A DNA stretch of 63,672 nucleotides, filler included, from Octopus bimaculoides (GCF_001194135.2; 4 parts of 3 records of this genome joined end to end with filler, not necessarily neighbours in it), one strand, 5' to 3'. Counted from the whole stretch's first letter, positions 12,111 to 24,775 are shown. The notes: generated from the sequence alone by a model not told the origin. Translations and numbers: made by a program.

Positions 12111-15100
12111 CAGCATACTCATGTAAAATATGGAAGAAAAACAACCCTGATTTGGATATATCAATGACCCCTAACAAACTAGCCAACACTAGGAGATGCA
12201 TTCTGAAAACCAAAAATACCAGAAATTGAACCAGAGTACTGAAAAGAGAAAATAGATCATGGAAACGCAAATAGTGTCCATAGAACAATACTTAATAATA
12301 ACATTATCACTGGGATGGTAAAAGATAAAGTTGGACATATTCAACAAAAACGTCATGAAGAAGCACAACAAGCACATCCACTAAGAATGCATAATCATTT
12401 CTACTATAGGCACAAGGCCTGAAATTGTAGGGGAGAGGGCTAGTCGATTAGATCGACCCCAGTATGCAACTGGTACTTAATTTATCTCCCCTGAAAGGAT
12501 GAAAGGCAAAGTCGACCTCGGCGGAATTTGAACTCAGAATGTAGAGACGGGCGAAATACCACTAAATATTTCGTCCAGCGTGCTAGCGATTCTGCCAGCT
12601 CACTGCCTTATGCACTAGGAATGCATAATGATGACCAAAATGCACCAAACCTGAACCACATAACCCAAATTATAAACGGAATGACAACCTAAACAAACGG
12701 TACAGAAATCTAACATCCAGGAAAAGCAGAAAATGTAATAAAAAATCTGTCAATCCTTAATGAAATTGGTAACCAACCAGCACTACTGAACATCAAGGAA
12801 GAAAAATACTACAAAATTAAAAAATAACTAAACAAGATACACCTGAGATAAAAGAACAGCTAAAGCAAGATGTTCTCGCCAAAGCAACAAAACTCCGTCG
12901 GTATGATAAATGCCAACGATTCTCTGAACAAAACAAGTAGTTTAACTCCAATCCAAAACGATTCTATCAAGAACTTGGTAAAAATAAAAAAGAGATCAAT
13001 GTAGCACTAAGAGCATAAGTAGAAGTATGGACGGCGAAGGAACTACGCCAGAAAGGATCAATTAAAACAACAAACACAGTACCTAATCAACTCTGTACAC
13101 CCATAACAACAGAAGAAGTAACCCAGGTACTGCAAAAACTATGGAACTGGAAGATGCCAGGACACGACAAGATCTCCAATTTCTGGTAAAACATTCAACA
13201 GGAATACATAAGGTTGTGGCAGTGAAGTTCAATGAGATGTTAACAGAGCCAGAGACAACAGGTGAATGACTTCCAGGAGGGAAAACCGTCCTAATTCCCA
13301 AATCCACTGAAATAACAAATCTGCAAAAGTACAGACCCATAACATGTCTAGCCACAACTTATAAAGCCTTAACTACAATAATATCGGAGAAAATGAACAG
13401 AGATCTAGAAGAAAACAACCTGTTTCCAGAAGAGCTGAAGGGATACTGCAAAGGTTCACATGGCTATAAATATTTATTGATCAAGAAAGCCATAACTGAA
13501 GACTGCCCAAAAGAAAACGAAAGATCTGAGAATGGGTTTGATCGATTACTGGAGGACTTTTGACGGTATTCCCTACTCATGGATCCAAGAAACACTAGCC
13601 ATAAACAAGGTACTGCCAACACTAATAAATCATAAAATATGTGATGAATAAATAGCAAACAGTTCTGCAACTTCAAACAAAAGAGGGAATCAAGAACTAA
13701 AGTTATCCCCATTAAAAGAGGAATATTCCATGAAGACCTTCTCTCTCCACTCTTTTTCTGTCTAGTACTGACGCCTTTAATTAACATGATAAAAGAAATG
13801 AATGTGGATACAACTGATATGGTAAAACAATCAACCATCTATTGGAAATGGATTACCTAAAACTGTATACTGCAAATGATAAACAACTGGAAGCAATGTT
13901 ACGGACAGTGTATAGATTTACCAAAGATATAATATGAAATTCGGCTTTGAAAATGTGCCAATGCAACCTTGAAAAGATGAAAATAAGTTAAGATAAGCAA
14001 TATCACACTCGTTAAAGAAACTGAGATAAGAGAATTTGACGAAACCCAGACATACAGATATTTAGGAATCAATGAAGTAGATTAGGTACAAATGAAAGAG
14101 AAGATAAGGAAGGAATTATATAGTCGAGTTAGATTAAAAGCAAGATAATACGTACCAATATTCTAGCTGTCCCCGTTATAAGTTACAATATTCTTAATTG
14201 GATACTAAATAAACTAACCAAACTAGACAGGAAAACTAGAAAACTAATGACGAATTTAGAATACATCACCCAAAATCTGACATAGAAAGGTTATATATAA
14301 ACAACAAACTGAAGGTGATAGAGGCCACATACAATTAAAAAGCCACTATAAAATATCCATGCTAGAATTACAGAAATATCTGAATTAGAACCAAAGGAAA
14401 CTGGTACAAATAGTCACAAAGCAGGAGCAAAACAAAACTGCTTTCTATCTTTAAGGAAAGCGAAAAATACAAGAAAGATATCATAGAACCTAACAATTAC
14501 GAAGGAAAAGAACAGACAATAAAATCTGTAAAGCGACTAAAATATAAGATAAAACTGGAACTACAAACTGCTATGATAAGATGATGGCAAGGACAGCCCT
14601 TACACAGCAAATACTGGAATAAGATAAACAGAAAAGAAATAAACAAAGTAAAATCTGAACAATGACTGAGAAGATCAGGATTCAAAGCAGAGACTGAAGG
14701 GTTTTTAATTGCGGCACAAGATCAAAGCCATCCCACCAGAAACCACCAGAAACACATAATGAAGTAAAATACAAGTAACTGCAGAATATGTTATAATGGA
14801 GATGAAACAATAAATCATATTCACTTTGGCTGCCCAGTCCTGGCTAAGAAGGAATATATCAACAGACATGACAGAGTTGGGACCTATATACACTGGAAGT
14901 TATGCTAACACTATCGAATGGCAACAGAAAAAAAGATGGTATAGGTACACCCCGGGTCTCAGAAAATGACAAAGCAATCATACTGCGGCATATGCCAATA
15001 CATACAGATAGAGCGATCAAGGCTAATAGATTGCATATAGTTGTCAGAGACAATCAAGGAAGTGACTTAACATCGGTGTACCAATCACAATAAATGTCAA

Positions 15101-15434
15101 AGTATATAAAGAAAACAGAGTTACTCTTATCAGACAAGGATCTGGAAATAGAGATAACCTGAATGCTGATGCTAAGAACAGAAACAATCTCTATAATAAT
15201 AGGGGGTTACGTGTGATTAAACGCATACAGACACATACATGACCAAAACACCAGAACTTCCAAGTGTATATAACATACAGAAAATAGCACTGCTAGGCAC
15301 TGCACATGTCCTGCGTAAAGCACTTTCAAAGCAGTGAAAATAATAACACCAAAACGAACCACAGTACATACCCAAGGCACACAGAGCTACGCTCAGTAGT
15401 GCAGTGAAAGCACGTGATAAAAATAAGAGTACTG
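12110..15434 (+). mobile_element. Dong/R4-type copy 3, long degenerate ORF
   Basis: PNKLANTRRCI near the N-terminus; YRPITCL, KRGIF...SPLFFCL, AETEGFLIAAQDQ, CRIC...ETINHI, RHDRVG, KIALLGTAHVLRK* (stop at 15335-15337); followed by (AAT)n and (AAG)n. Confidence 0.92.
12396..12612 (-). mobile_element. Full-length SINE-A nested in Dong copy 3, with TSD
   Basis: TSD cactaagaatgcataat (12379-12395) and cactaggaatgcataat (12613-12629), 16 of 17 identical. Confidence 0.9.
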
Positions 15435-15593
15435 AATAATAATAATAATAATAAGAAGAAGAAGAAGAAGAAGAAGCAGAAGAAGAAGAAGAAGAAGAAG
15501 AAGAAGAAGAAGAAGAAGAAGAAGAAGAAGAAGAAGAAGAAGAAGAAGAAGAAGAAGAAGAAGAAGAAGGACAACAACAACAAGAATTTCATT

Positions 15594-15699
15594 TATGTGC
15601 CTGGTGTAACCTTATCAGACGAGTAGTCGTAATGGGTATATTGGGCTTCATATATTTTACCCCAGTGTCACTTTGGTGGATTGTACTGTTCTCTCGCTC
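15594..15699 (+). mobile_element. 3' fragment of the AAT-associated non-coding element
   Basis: Matches 21895-21990 (cttatcagacg.gtagtc...accccagtgtcacttt) and ends in (AAT)n at 15700-15757. Confidence 0.75.
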
Positions 15700-15757
<58 letters not shown>

Positions 15758-15841
15758 TGAAGGAGAGAAAGAGGAAGAAGAAAAACTATAACAACAAGAA
15801 CAAGAATGAATGAATGAATGAATGAATGAATGAATGAATGA

Positions 15842-16860
15842 ATGAATGGAGGACTCCACCCAAAGGCAGGAGTAGCAAGATTATACTTACCTAGAAAGGA
15901 CGGTGGAAGAGGATTAATATCAGTAGAAGTCAGCGTGGAATTAAATAGAGTAGACATAGACACCTATGTAGGTAATAGTGAAGAAAATTTATTAAAAGCT
16001 GCTAGTTTCACAGCAAGACATTGGGAAACCATAAAACCAAACGAACTAAAAGATCAGAAAAAAAACAAAAATTTTCTTAACTGGCAAGTGAAGCCGTTGC
16101 ATGGTAGATTCCCAAAGATAGTTGCCGTAAATAGTATAGTAGTAGTGCAGAAAGGAAGCTGAAAAGGGGGCTGCACAAGATCAAGCATTAAGGACTAATT
16201 GGATAAAAGCCAAGATAGACAAAAACCAAGTAGATTCCCAATGTAGCTCATGCAAATTAAAAGAGGAAAGTGTTACTCATATAGTAATTAAATGTAGCAT
16301 ACTGGCAAAGAAAGAAAAGACATGACAACCTAGGGAGGGCAATCCACTGGGAGCTATGTAGAAAGCTAGGATTTGAACATACTGATAAATGGTATGAACA
16401 TGTTGTGGGATTTTAACATTCAGACTGACAGAGTAATAGAAGCTAGAAGGCGGGCAGTCTTGATAGAGATGGTGCCTCGAAGAAAATATCGGTTGGTGGT
16501 AACTTAAAAACACACTTCATTTGTGAGTGAAAACGCCAAGCAAAATAGCTAACGATGACGGTGTGATCGGGACTGTGCAGCAGGGTGGGCCCAGTCATAA
16601 TCCAGCTACTGCTAGCCATGCTAAGAGACATAAATGGAGTAAACAAGTAAACATGATGGTCATGGAGTTTTACTACTGGAGCATCCCAGTTGACAAATGT
16701 AAAGGTAGAACACCTACAAAAATCAGCATTGCTTGGAACTGCAAGAATCCTTCGCAGGGTTCTTGGAGCATGACCTGTAAACAAGTGTCACCTTAGTCTG
16801 TTGGCTGTGGTCAACTGACACTTCCCATCATATCCAGCAAAATAAGCTGTGAGTTTTAAT
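15842..16860 (+). mobile_element. Rearranged Dong/R4-type copy 4
   Basis: GGLHPKAGVARLYLPRKDGGRGL, AAQDQALRTN, WDFNIQTDRVIEARR, then an N-terminal-like segment KRHKWSKQVNMMVMEFYY (about 16451-16692), then a 3' end matching copy 1. Confidence 0.85.
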
Positions 16861-16869
16861 ACAATGATA

Positions 16870-17225
16870 ATAATCCTTTCAACAATAGGTACAAGAGCTG
16901 AAATTTGGGGGAAGGAGGTAATCGATTACATCGACCCCAGCACTCAACTGCTACTTATTTTATTGATCTCGAAAGGTAAAAGGCAAAGCTGAACTCGACG
17001 GAATTTGAATTCAGAACGTAAAGACAGACGAAATGCTGCGAAGCATTTTGAGGGGACGGTATTAGGCCTCCACTATTTGAATGGTACTTTATTTCATCGG
17101 CCTTGAAGCATGGAAGGCAAATTCTATCTTGGAGCATTTGAACTCAGAATATAAAGAGTGCAAACAAATATCACAAAGCATTTTTCAACACCGTTCTAGC
17201 GATTCTCCCAACTCACATTCTCAAT
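16870..17225 (-). mobile_element. Two tandem SINE-A copies
   Basis: gtaatcgattacatcgaccccag, ggcaaagctgaactcgacggaatttgaattcagaacg. Confidence 0.75.
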
Positions 17226-18186
17226 GTAATGCATAAGAATACGAGATGTTCAGACAAAACATTGCTGACGAATATAAATGAGGAGAAAAGACAATTATGT
17301 TTTAGAAATATTCGATATTCTATATCATACAAATATTTAATTTGAATAAAAGTGAATTATCGATAGAACAGATAAGCTTATTAAGAATTAATACCGGTAT
17401 GAGAATCAATATTAGTTCAATTTTATTACTTACAATGTGATGTATTAAAACTTTACAACTTTAAGCGTGCATAGATATGATTTGGAGAAAAAATATAAAA
17501 TTTATTCCTTTAGACCAAACGATAATTAAATTAAAAATGAGAAGACAAAAATGAAATGAAAATCTTTTAAAAAAAGAGAGATTTTCTTAAAATGAAAAAT
17601 ATCATGCAAATAAATATGAAATTATTGGAGCTCAAATAAAGTTTAAGTTATACGTCTTAACCGAGAAATTAGAAATGCAAAAATTTATTAGAGTGAGCAA
17701 TTTAAGGACGTTAAGGTGAGTATGTATAAAAATAATAAACGGTTGTGATTTAAATTATTACGATTCAAAGAACAGCTATAACTCCAGTAAAATATATAAA
17801 ATATTCTCATATAGTTAATATAATAATAATGTATCGAGATTTCTAGAATGGGTGCATAAAAAAATATAAATGGGAATTTTGGGGGTTTTTTAACGAACAA
17901 AAAATACGGTATTAATTGTAATGAAAGTTTTTTTTATTTCTTTAGATTAAATATTATTGCTATAAAAAACCAACAACGCATTAATCGATTCCCTAAGGAG
18001 TTTTTTCGTATTCTTTAAATATTTAGAATTCCCAATAAACCTTAAAACTTACTTCAAAGTTATCAACTCCCTGGATGTCAACTTGAACTTAGATAACTTG
18101 TTGCCTGCGTGTTTATTTATAGTGAGAAATATGTGGCTTTGGAGAGTTGACTCTTCTTTCTGGCATATCTGGTACGTTTTGTACCC

Positions 18187-18286
18187 NNNNNNNNNNNNNN
18201 NNNNNNNNNNNNNNNNNNNNNNNNNNNNNNTTAATTAATTAANNNNNNNNNNNNNNNNNNNNNNNNNNNNNNNNNNNNNNNNNNNN
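18187..18286. other. Assembly join linker: 44 N + TTAATTAATTAA + 44 N
   Basis: Identical 100-base layout also at 39031-39130 and 61732-61831; the 12-mer gives stops in all six frames. Confidence 0.95.
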
Positions 18287-19220
18287 GTGTGTGTTTGTGT
18301 GTATGTGTATGTTGTGTATATGTGCGTTGCTGTGTACGTGTGTGTGCGTGCGTTTGCTTCTGTACGTGCGTGTGTTGTTTATGCCCATGTGTGTGTGATT
18401 GTATGCATGTCTGTGTGAGTGTGTTGTGTTGGTGAGAGGTGTGTGTGCGTGTGTATGTGTATGTGAGTGTGTGCGTGTGTGTGTGTATGTGTGTGATGTG
18501 CGTGTGTGTGTGGGATTGTGGTGTGTGTGGGATTATGAGTGTTAGGTACGTTTGCGTGTGTGTGTGTATGCGCGCGTGTGTTTATGTGTGTCTGTAAGTG
18601 TGTGTCCGTGTGCGTGTGTGTGCGTGCGTGTATGTGTATATTGTGCATGTTTTCGTGCGTGCGTGTGTGTGTGTGTATGTTGTGTATATGTGCGTTCCTG
18701 TGTGTGTGTGTGTGTGTGCATGTGTTTGCTTACGTACGTGCGTGCATGTGCGTGTGTCATTTATGCCCCTTGTGTGTGTAGTTGTATGCGTGTTTATGTG
18801 AGTGTGTGTTGTGTATGTGTGTGTTTGTGTATGTGAGAGGTGTGTGTGCGTGTGTGTATGTGTATATGTGTGTTTATGTGTGTGCGTGCGTATGTGTGTG
18901 AGAGCGTAAGGATGTGTGCCAGGTATGTGTGTTATTTTGTGTGTGCACTCCTGTGTGTGTGTGTGTGTGCATATGTATGCGGCTGTGTATGTACGTGTAT
19001 GTAGGTGTGCGCGTATATATGGGTGTGTGTGTGTGTCTGTGTGTGTGTGTGTGTGTCTGTGTGTGTGTAAGGTGTGTGTCTCTACCAGTGTGTGTGTGTG
19101 TATATATGTGCGTTCGTCTATATGTGTGTGTGAGGGCGCGCATGTATGTTTGTCATGTGTGTGAGCGGTATATATGTAAGGTGTGTGGGAGGTGTATGGG
19201 AGGTGTGTGGGAGGTGTATG
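18287..19220. repeat. Long cryptic (TG)n tract
   Basis: Direct reading; source of H/T and C/V ORFs. Confidence 0.93.
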
Positions 19221-19221
19221 G

Positions 19222-21060
19222 GAGCAATGCTCGGACACTGAACGAGTGCATGCAGAACGGTTTCGTCGCTCTGCCAGCACCGCGCACATGCCCGTCTGAC
19301 CGCACTCCCATGCCTGTAGAGTCTGACAACGCACCCTTTGTGTTTCGACTCAAAGAAATGGTTAAGGGCCATTCTTGCCGCTAAGCCGTCGACCGCGATT
19401 TCTTTGCTAACAGCCTCTTCTACTTTGCTAACTAGCTCTCCCTCTAATCTATTTCTTTCTATTGCTAAATCTTTGCTCAACGCTATTGATTCTACTCTAA
19501 TCGTTCTCTTCAGAGCGATCCACCAACGGTTGTTGACGATAGCTCCCGTCAATTACCATTTAACTAGTTCGCTAATCCGGTCCCTGCAGTCTTTGCGAGC
19601 CGGTAAGGACACATCAAACTTCTAGTAACCGGGTCCCTGTCTACGGGTTCTACCTAAATCGACTGAGCATATCACAAATTTGTGATCTGTGTAGCCGACC
19701 AATTTAAATTCTAGACAACCTATGCTATCTCTATCATCTGACCCAACGAATACCCTATCTAAATACGATCTAGATGATCCGCTGTGGTTGCTCCATGTCC
19801 ACACTGGCACATCTAAGAAATCCAGTCGGTACCTGTTAGAAAGCTGGAAAGTCCTGAGCAGGTTTTCGAGGCTTTTACATCCCCTTCTACTATGTACGAA
19901 ACATACACAGTCCCTCCGTGCGTTCAAAATACTATTCCAGTCTCTTACTAAAGTTCCCAAGACTATTTCAAGACACCTGGAGAAATCTTGCCTTCTAGCC
20001 CCTGTTGAGGCATAAACCGCCACTAGTCTAAAGGCGCCACCTTCACTACCTTTCAGGTCCAGGACCACCAACCCTGCCATCCGGATCCAGGAAGATAGCC
20101 CATACTTGGAGATCCAAGGATTTCCGGAGTAGCACTGCTACACTGCCACCCGCTCCCAATAGACCATATGATGAGAATACCCGGTAGTCTTCGAAAATGG
20201 ATGCTAGAGCTTGTTTTTCGGAGATCCTTCCTTGTTTCACTAATGGCAGCCACGTCCAAGTCAAGTGACCTGAGATCATTGAGCAAGTGACCTTGCTTCA
20301 GGCTAATCCTAGGCCACGCACCTTCACACACCCCATTCACAGCCATGCTAATCGGAGAAAGAAAATGAGGAAGTTACTCACCTTGGTTTTCGAGACACCC
20401 GGAAGTTCCGGCTTCTCTACAGCCTTTTATCAATAGATTTTTTTTTAATCCCCACACTTCCTGGGAATTTTTCTATCATAGTTATATAAACGTCTGACGA
20501 TGTTTTAATTAAGAGTCTGTCCTTGGGGGTTTTGAGGATGTATTCCTCAAATTCCTTTCCCTTTGTCTGTATACTGTTTTTATTTTGATTTACAAAATCC
20601 ATCAATTCACTGATACACTTGCTCACACAGTGAAATTGATGGATACATTTCGTCTACAGCCTGATGAATATTTTTGAAATTCTGTAATCGGTTGTTTCTC
20701 AGTTTCTTTAATGTCATGCTGCTGTTGATGATGTTGCTGCTTTCGAAGTTATTGATCTGGTTCTTGCAGTTTTTGTTGGAGTGGTTGTGAATTGTGTTGC
20801 AGTTGTGGTTTCAGAATAAGTTCTTGTTGATTTCTTGTAGTAGGGCTATGTACTCTCCTCCTCTTTCGCCTACCCACTTTTGTCGCTGTGATCCATTGAT
20901 CGTTCAACTCTTTCCTCTGCACGTCATTGCAGTTGATGTTAGTTTGGGAGGGACAACATTCAGGAGAAACTTGCTTTTCCGTGGCAACTGGGGGGAAGGA
21001 GGGGTAGACTCCTTCTTTGTTTTGGTTTGGTGGTGGGTGTGAGCGTAGGTGTGGGAGAAA
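19222..21060 (-). mobile_element. L1/Tx1-type LINE remnant with RT deleted
   Basis: LDVAAISET, RLVAVYAS, WTWSNHSGSSRSYLDRVFV, YTDHKFV, GPGYWKF, then a direct jump to CARCWQSDETVLHALVQC. Upstream Q/T-rich decayed ORF1-like sequence at 20417-21060 is less certain. Confidence 0.88.
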
Positions 21061-21166
21061 GTGTAGGAGTCTTGTGCACTTGTTTATGATTTAGCACCTT
21101 AGAAGGTCGAAAATTTTACAAATACTTTTTCAACTTACGGAGCACCAAATTTCCGTGACTTCACAT

Positions 21167-21187
21167 GATGATGACGATGATGATGAA

Positions 21188-21250
<63 letters not shown>

Positions 21251-21254
21251 AATG

Positions 21255-21296
<42 letters not shown>
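21167..21296. repeat. (GAT)n-(AAT)n compound microsatellite
   Basis: Direct reading. Confidence 0.95.
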
Positions 21297-21297
<1 letters not shown>

Positions 21298-21995
21298 TGT
21301 TCTGATGCAGAACCAGACAGTATGCTCTGATGCAGTACCAGGCAGTGGCTCTCATGACTTCTGATCTTATCCGACTAGAAGTGTTATCATGTACATTGCT
21401 TTGTCTTGGTATGAAAGATGGGCTACAGCAAATATTCTGCTCAACATGCCCTGATGCAGTACCAGGCAGTGGCTCTCATGGCTTCTGGTCTTAACTGATT
21501 AAAAGCGTTATGATGTGCATTGTTTTGTCTTGGTGTAAAAGATGGGTTACAGTAAACATTCTGCTCAATGCCACAGATTTGCTTGTCAGTTGTTTGACCT
21601 TAACTAGTTGAGCATGTCCCTTAGTGGCTGACGATATGTGCATCTCTGATCACCAGCAGAAGTAGTAGTGAGTGAACATCGTAGCCATGTGTTGAGAGGA
21701 ATTCTTTGGAGTTTGGATAATTCGCCTCTAGAAACGTGGGTGTTTTATTCAACATCCTTAAACAACCTTTATTCAGGGACCTTTTGAGTGGGATGGGCTA
21801 CTCAGCCAGAAGAAAATTCTAACTGGGCCCCACCTGCAAGGTCATGCGATTTTTATCTTGATATGACATCACCATGTTGTGCACATATGGTTGCGATGCA
21901 TATGCCTATTGTACCCTTACCAGACGGGTAGTCATGATGGGTATAATGGGCTTCGAATATTCTACCCCAGTGTCACTTTAATGACACTCAATAAT
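21297..21995 (+). mobile_element. AAT-associated ~700-bp non-coding interspersed element with internal 124-bp duplication
   Basis: Units start at 21327 and 21451 (ctgatgcagtaccaggcagtggctctcatg); 3' end shared with 15594-15699; no long ORF, TIR or tRNA head seen. Confidence 0.7.
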
Positions 21996-22917
21996 TGGGT
22001 CGATTCGTTCGACTATAATTCTTTAAGGCAATGCCCTAGCATAGCCGCAGTGTACTGGCTGAAATACGCAAAAGATAAAAGAAAGATAACATTGTAATAA
22101 TAGAATAATAATTGTTTCTTTTATAGGCACAAGGCCTGAATTCTGGAGGGAGGGGAATATATAGTAATAAATACGTATGCGTCACTTTTTGCCATTTTCC
22201 CTTCCATAAATATCTGAGACTTCGTGCATATATTATAGAGATCATTAAATTCATTATTTTTGTAGCATTTACCTCCCACCCTCTTTCTCCCTCTTTTCCT
22301 CTCTATACAATGTTTATTTTAAATTTCTTTATAGATCATCATCATCTATTTTTTCAATTTTATAATGATAACATTTTCCAATTATATTGGGTGCGAGTTC
22401 GGATGTTTATTGCTATGGTCGCCTATGTATTTGTTTGTGAGTAGAACAGGGGTTGAATAAATTAACTTATTGGTTCTGGTAACGCTTGAAAAATGACCTT
22501 GATGACCCAACAGCAGTTTAATATTATTAATGTTATTATTTTGTCATCTGATTCTTTTTATGTTATCTTTGACAGAGCCTTTCGTTGTTGTTCCATAGCA
22601 AGATATATCAATTACATTTTATTTCATTACTCCTTCTCTATGTTGTCTTTTATGTTCCGTTCTAATTCTGTTTTATTGATCAGGCCTAAGTGATTTCGTA
22701 CTCTAAAAGAGTACATCCAGTCCAATGGCTTTCAACATTCCACTTCATTCGTACATAATTTCCGCACACCTCTTAACACTGGAGTGTGTGATCTTCCATA
22801 CATTATTAATATCTTCATCATCATCATCATCATCCTCATTGTCATCATCGTTATCAAAGAGAGAGAGAAAGAGAGAGATTTATAAATATACATACATACA
22901 TATATCTATATGGGTGT

Positions 22918-22960
<43 letters not shown>

Positions 22961-22978
22961 CATTATTATCATTATTAC

Positions 22979-23009
<31 letters not shown>

Positions 23010-23010
<1 letters not shown>

Positions 23011-23215
23011 GCTGGCAGAATCATTAGCACGCTGGACGAAATGCTTAGCGGTATTTCGCCCGTCGCTACGTTCTGGGTTCAACTTTCGCTAAGGTTGACT
23101 TTGCCTTTAATCTCTTCGGCGTCGGTAATATAAGTACCAGTTGAACACTGGTGTCGATGTTATCGACTCATCCCCTCCCCTAAAACTGCTGCCATAGCGG
23201 CAAAATTTGAAACTA
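23010..23215 (+). mobile_element. SINE-A copy
   Basis: agctggcagaatcattagcacgctggacgaaatgcttagcggtatttcg... Confidence 0.85.
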
Positions 23216-23244
23216 TTATCATTATCATCATTATTATTATTATT

Positions 23245-23596
23245 TTATGTTTGACTTTTGTTTTGCATTTGTACAAGTTGGATCCAAGTCTCACCCAGAG
23301 ACCTCAAGAGACAACAAGTTAGAAGTTCATGTAGGTGTTATGCCTAGGGTACCATATATTTGGATTTGTACAGTTTTGTTCAAGTGAATGTTTAAGAAAC
23401 CNNNNNNNNNNTCTTTCTGTCAGTTTGAATGATGAAGTTATACCTTTTGCTTGATGGTTTCTATGGTGGTATCCATGTCAACTATGGTTTTCACATTATA
23501 TTTTTTCTTTAGTTTTTGGGTCTTTGTAGGTTTGATACTCTTATCAAATTTAAGATTTTTCAAACATTCTATGTCAGATCTAAGTAGCTTAATTTG

Positions 23597-23597
<1 letters not shown>
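23245..23597 (-). mobile_element. Internally deleted Dong/R4-type copy
   Basis: Reverse strand reads KLKKKYNVKT...IETIKQK joined to NFIIQTDRK, a small gap, then the copy-2 type 3' UTR; (TTA)n on both sides. Confidence 0.8.
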
Positions 23598-23637
<40 letters not shown>

Positions 23638-24007
23638 ATAGAAATCATCATCAACGTTATTTTTAGTATTATTAAAATAAATATCAACTAGCGCCACCAA
23701 CGCCATTATCATCGCCATCACCACCACCATCAACATCAAAAACGTAACAGTAACGACCAGCGAACAGCGGAGTTTCTAAATCTAATATTAAATTCCTGAA
23801 AACAACGTGTCGATCATAGATAGAATACCTCAGATTATAGGTTCTCACGTACCAGGGTGACTAGGTTATGCAGTGACAACAACAGTAACTGCAAAAATGC
23901 TAGAAGATAAAGGAGGCTTTATCAAAAAGGGCGGCCAACACATTATACGACCAAGATCACGTAGACCTTTTCGGAGCTAAAATATACTGTACCACGAGAA
24001 GGAATAT

Positions 24008-24198
24008 TACTCTTTTACTCGTTTCAGTCATTTGACTGTGGCCATGCTGGAGCACCGCCTTTAGTCGAGCAAATCGATCCCAGGACTTATTCTATCGATC
24101 TCTTTTGCCGAACCGCTACGTCACGGAGACGTAAACGCACCAGCATCAGTTGTCAAGCGATGTTGGGGGGACAAGCACAGACACATAAACACACACAT

Positions 24199-24253
<55 letters not shown>

Positions 24254-24345
24254 TAACGGGCTTCTTTCAGTTTCCGTCCAACAAATCCACTCACAAGGCT
24301 TTGGTCGGCCCGAACTATAGTAGAAGACATTTGCCCAAGGTGCCA
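24008..24345 (-). mobile_element. SINE-B copy, runs into gap
   Basis: tactcttttactcgtttcagtcatttgactgtggccatgctggagcaccgcc... Confidence 0.93.
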
Positions 24346-24569
24346 NNNNNNNNNNNNNNNNNNNNNNNNNNNNNNNNNNNNNNNNNNNNNNNNNNNNNNN
24401 NNNNNNNNNNNNNNNNNNNNNNNNNNNNNNNNNNNNNNNNNNNNNNNNNNNNNNNNNNNNNNNNNNNNNNNNNNNNNNNNNNNNNNNNNNNNNNNNNNNN
24501 NNNNNNNNNNNNNNNNNNNNNNNNNNNNNNNNNNNNNNNNNNNNNNNNNNNNNNNNNNNNNNNNNNNNN

Positions 24570-24775
24570 ATATGGGAGAATTTACGAAAAAAAACAACAA
24601 CAGACGAGGACAGGTGGTGTAAACATCAAAAGAATGTATTAGTTTAACGCTCGGGAATACAGAAAATCTTTAACGTTTCGAGCTACGCTCTTCAACAGAA
24701 AGAATACGGAGAAAACAAGGAGGAAGACACGGAGAAGAAAAATTGAATGTTTTGGTTAGCGATCAATCATGGCGA
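24570..24775 (-). mobile_element. Interspersed repeat with hammerhead-like motif H2 (24667-24703)
   Basis: Reverse complement aligns along its length to 52818-53022. Confidence 0.75.

Noticed and set aside
18379-19384. Long His/Thr- and Cys/Val-rich ORFs
   Set aside because: They are translations of (CA/TG)n tracts on both strands.
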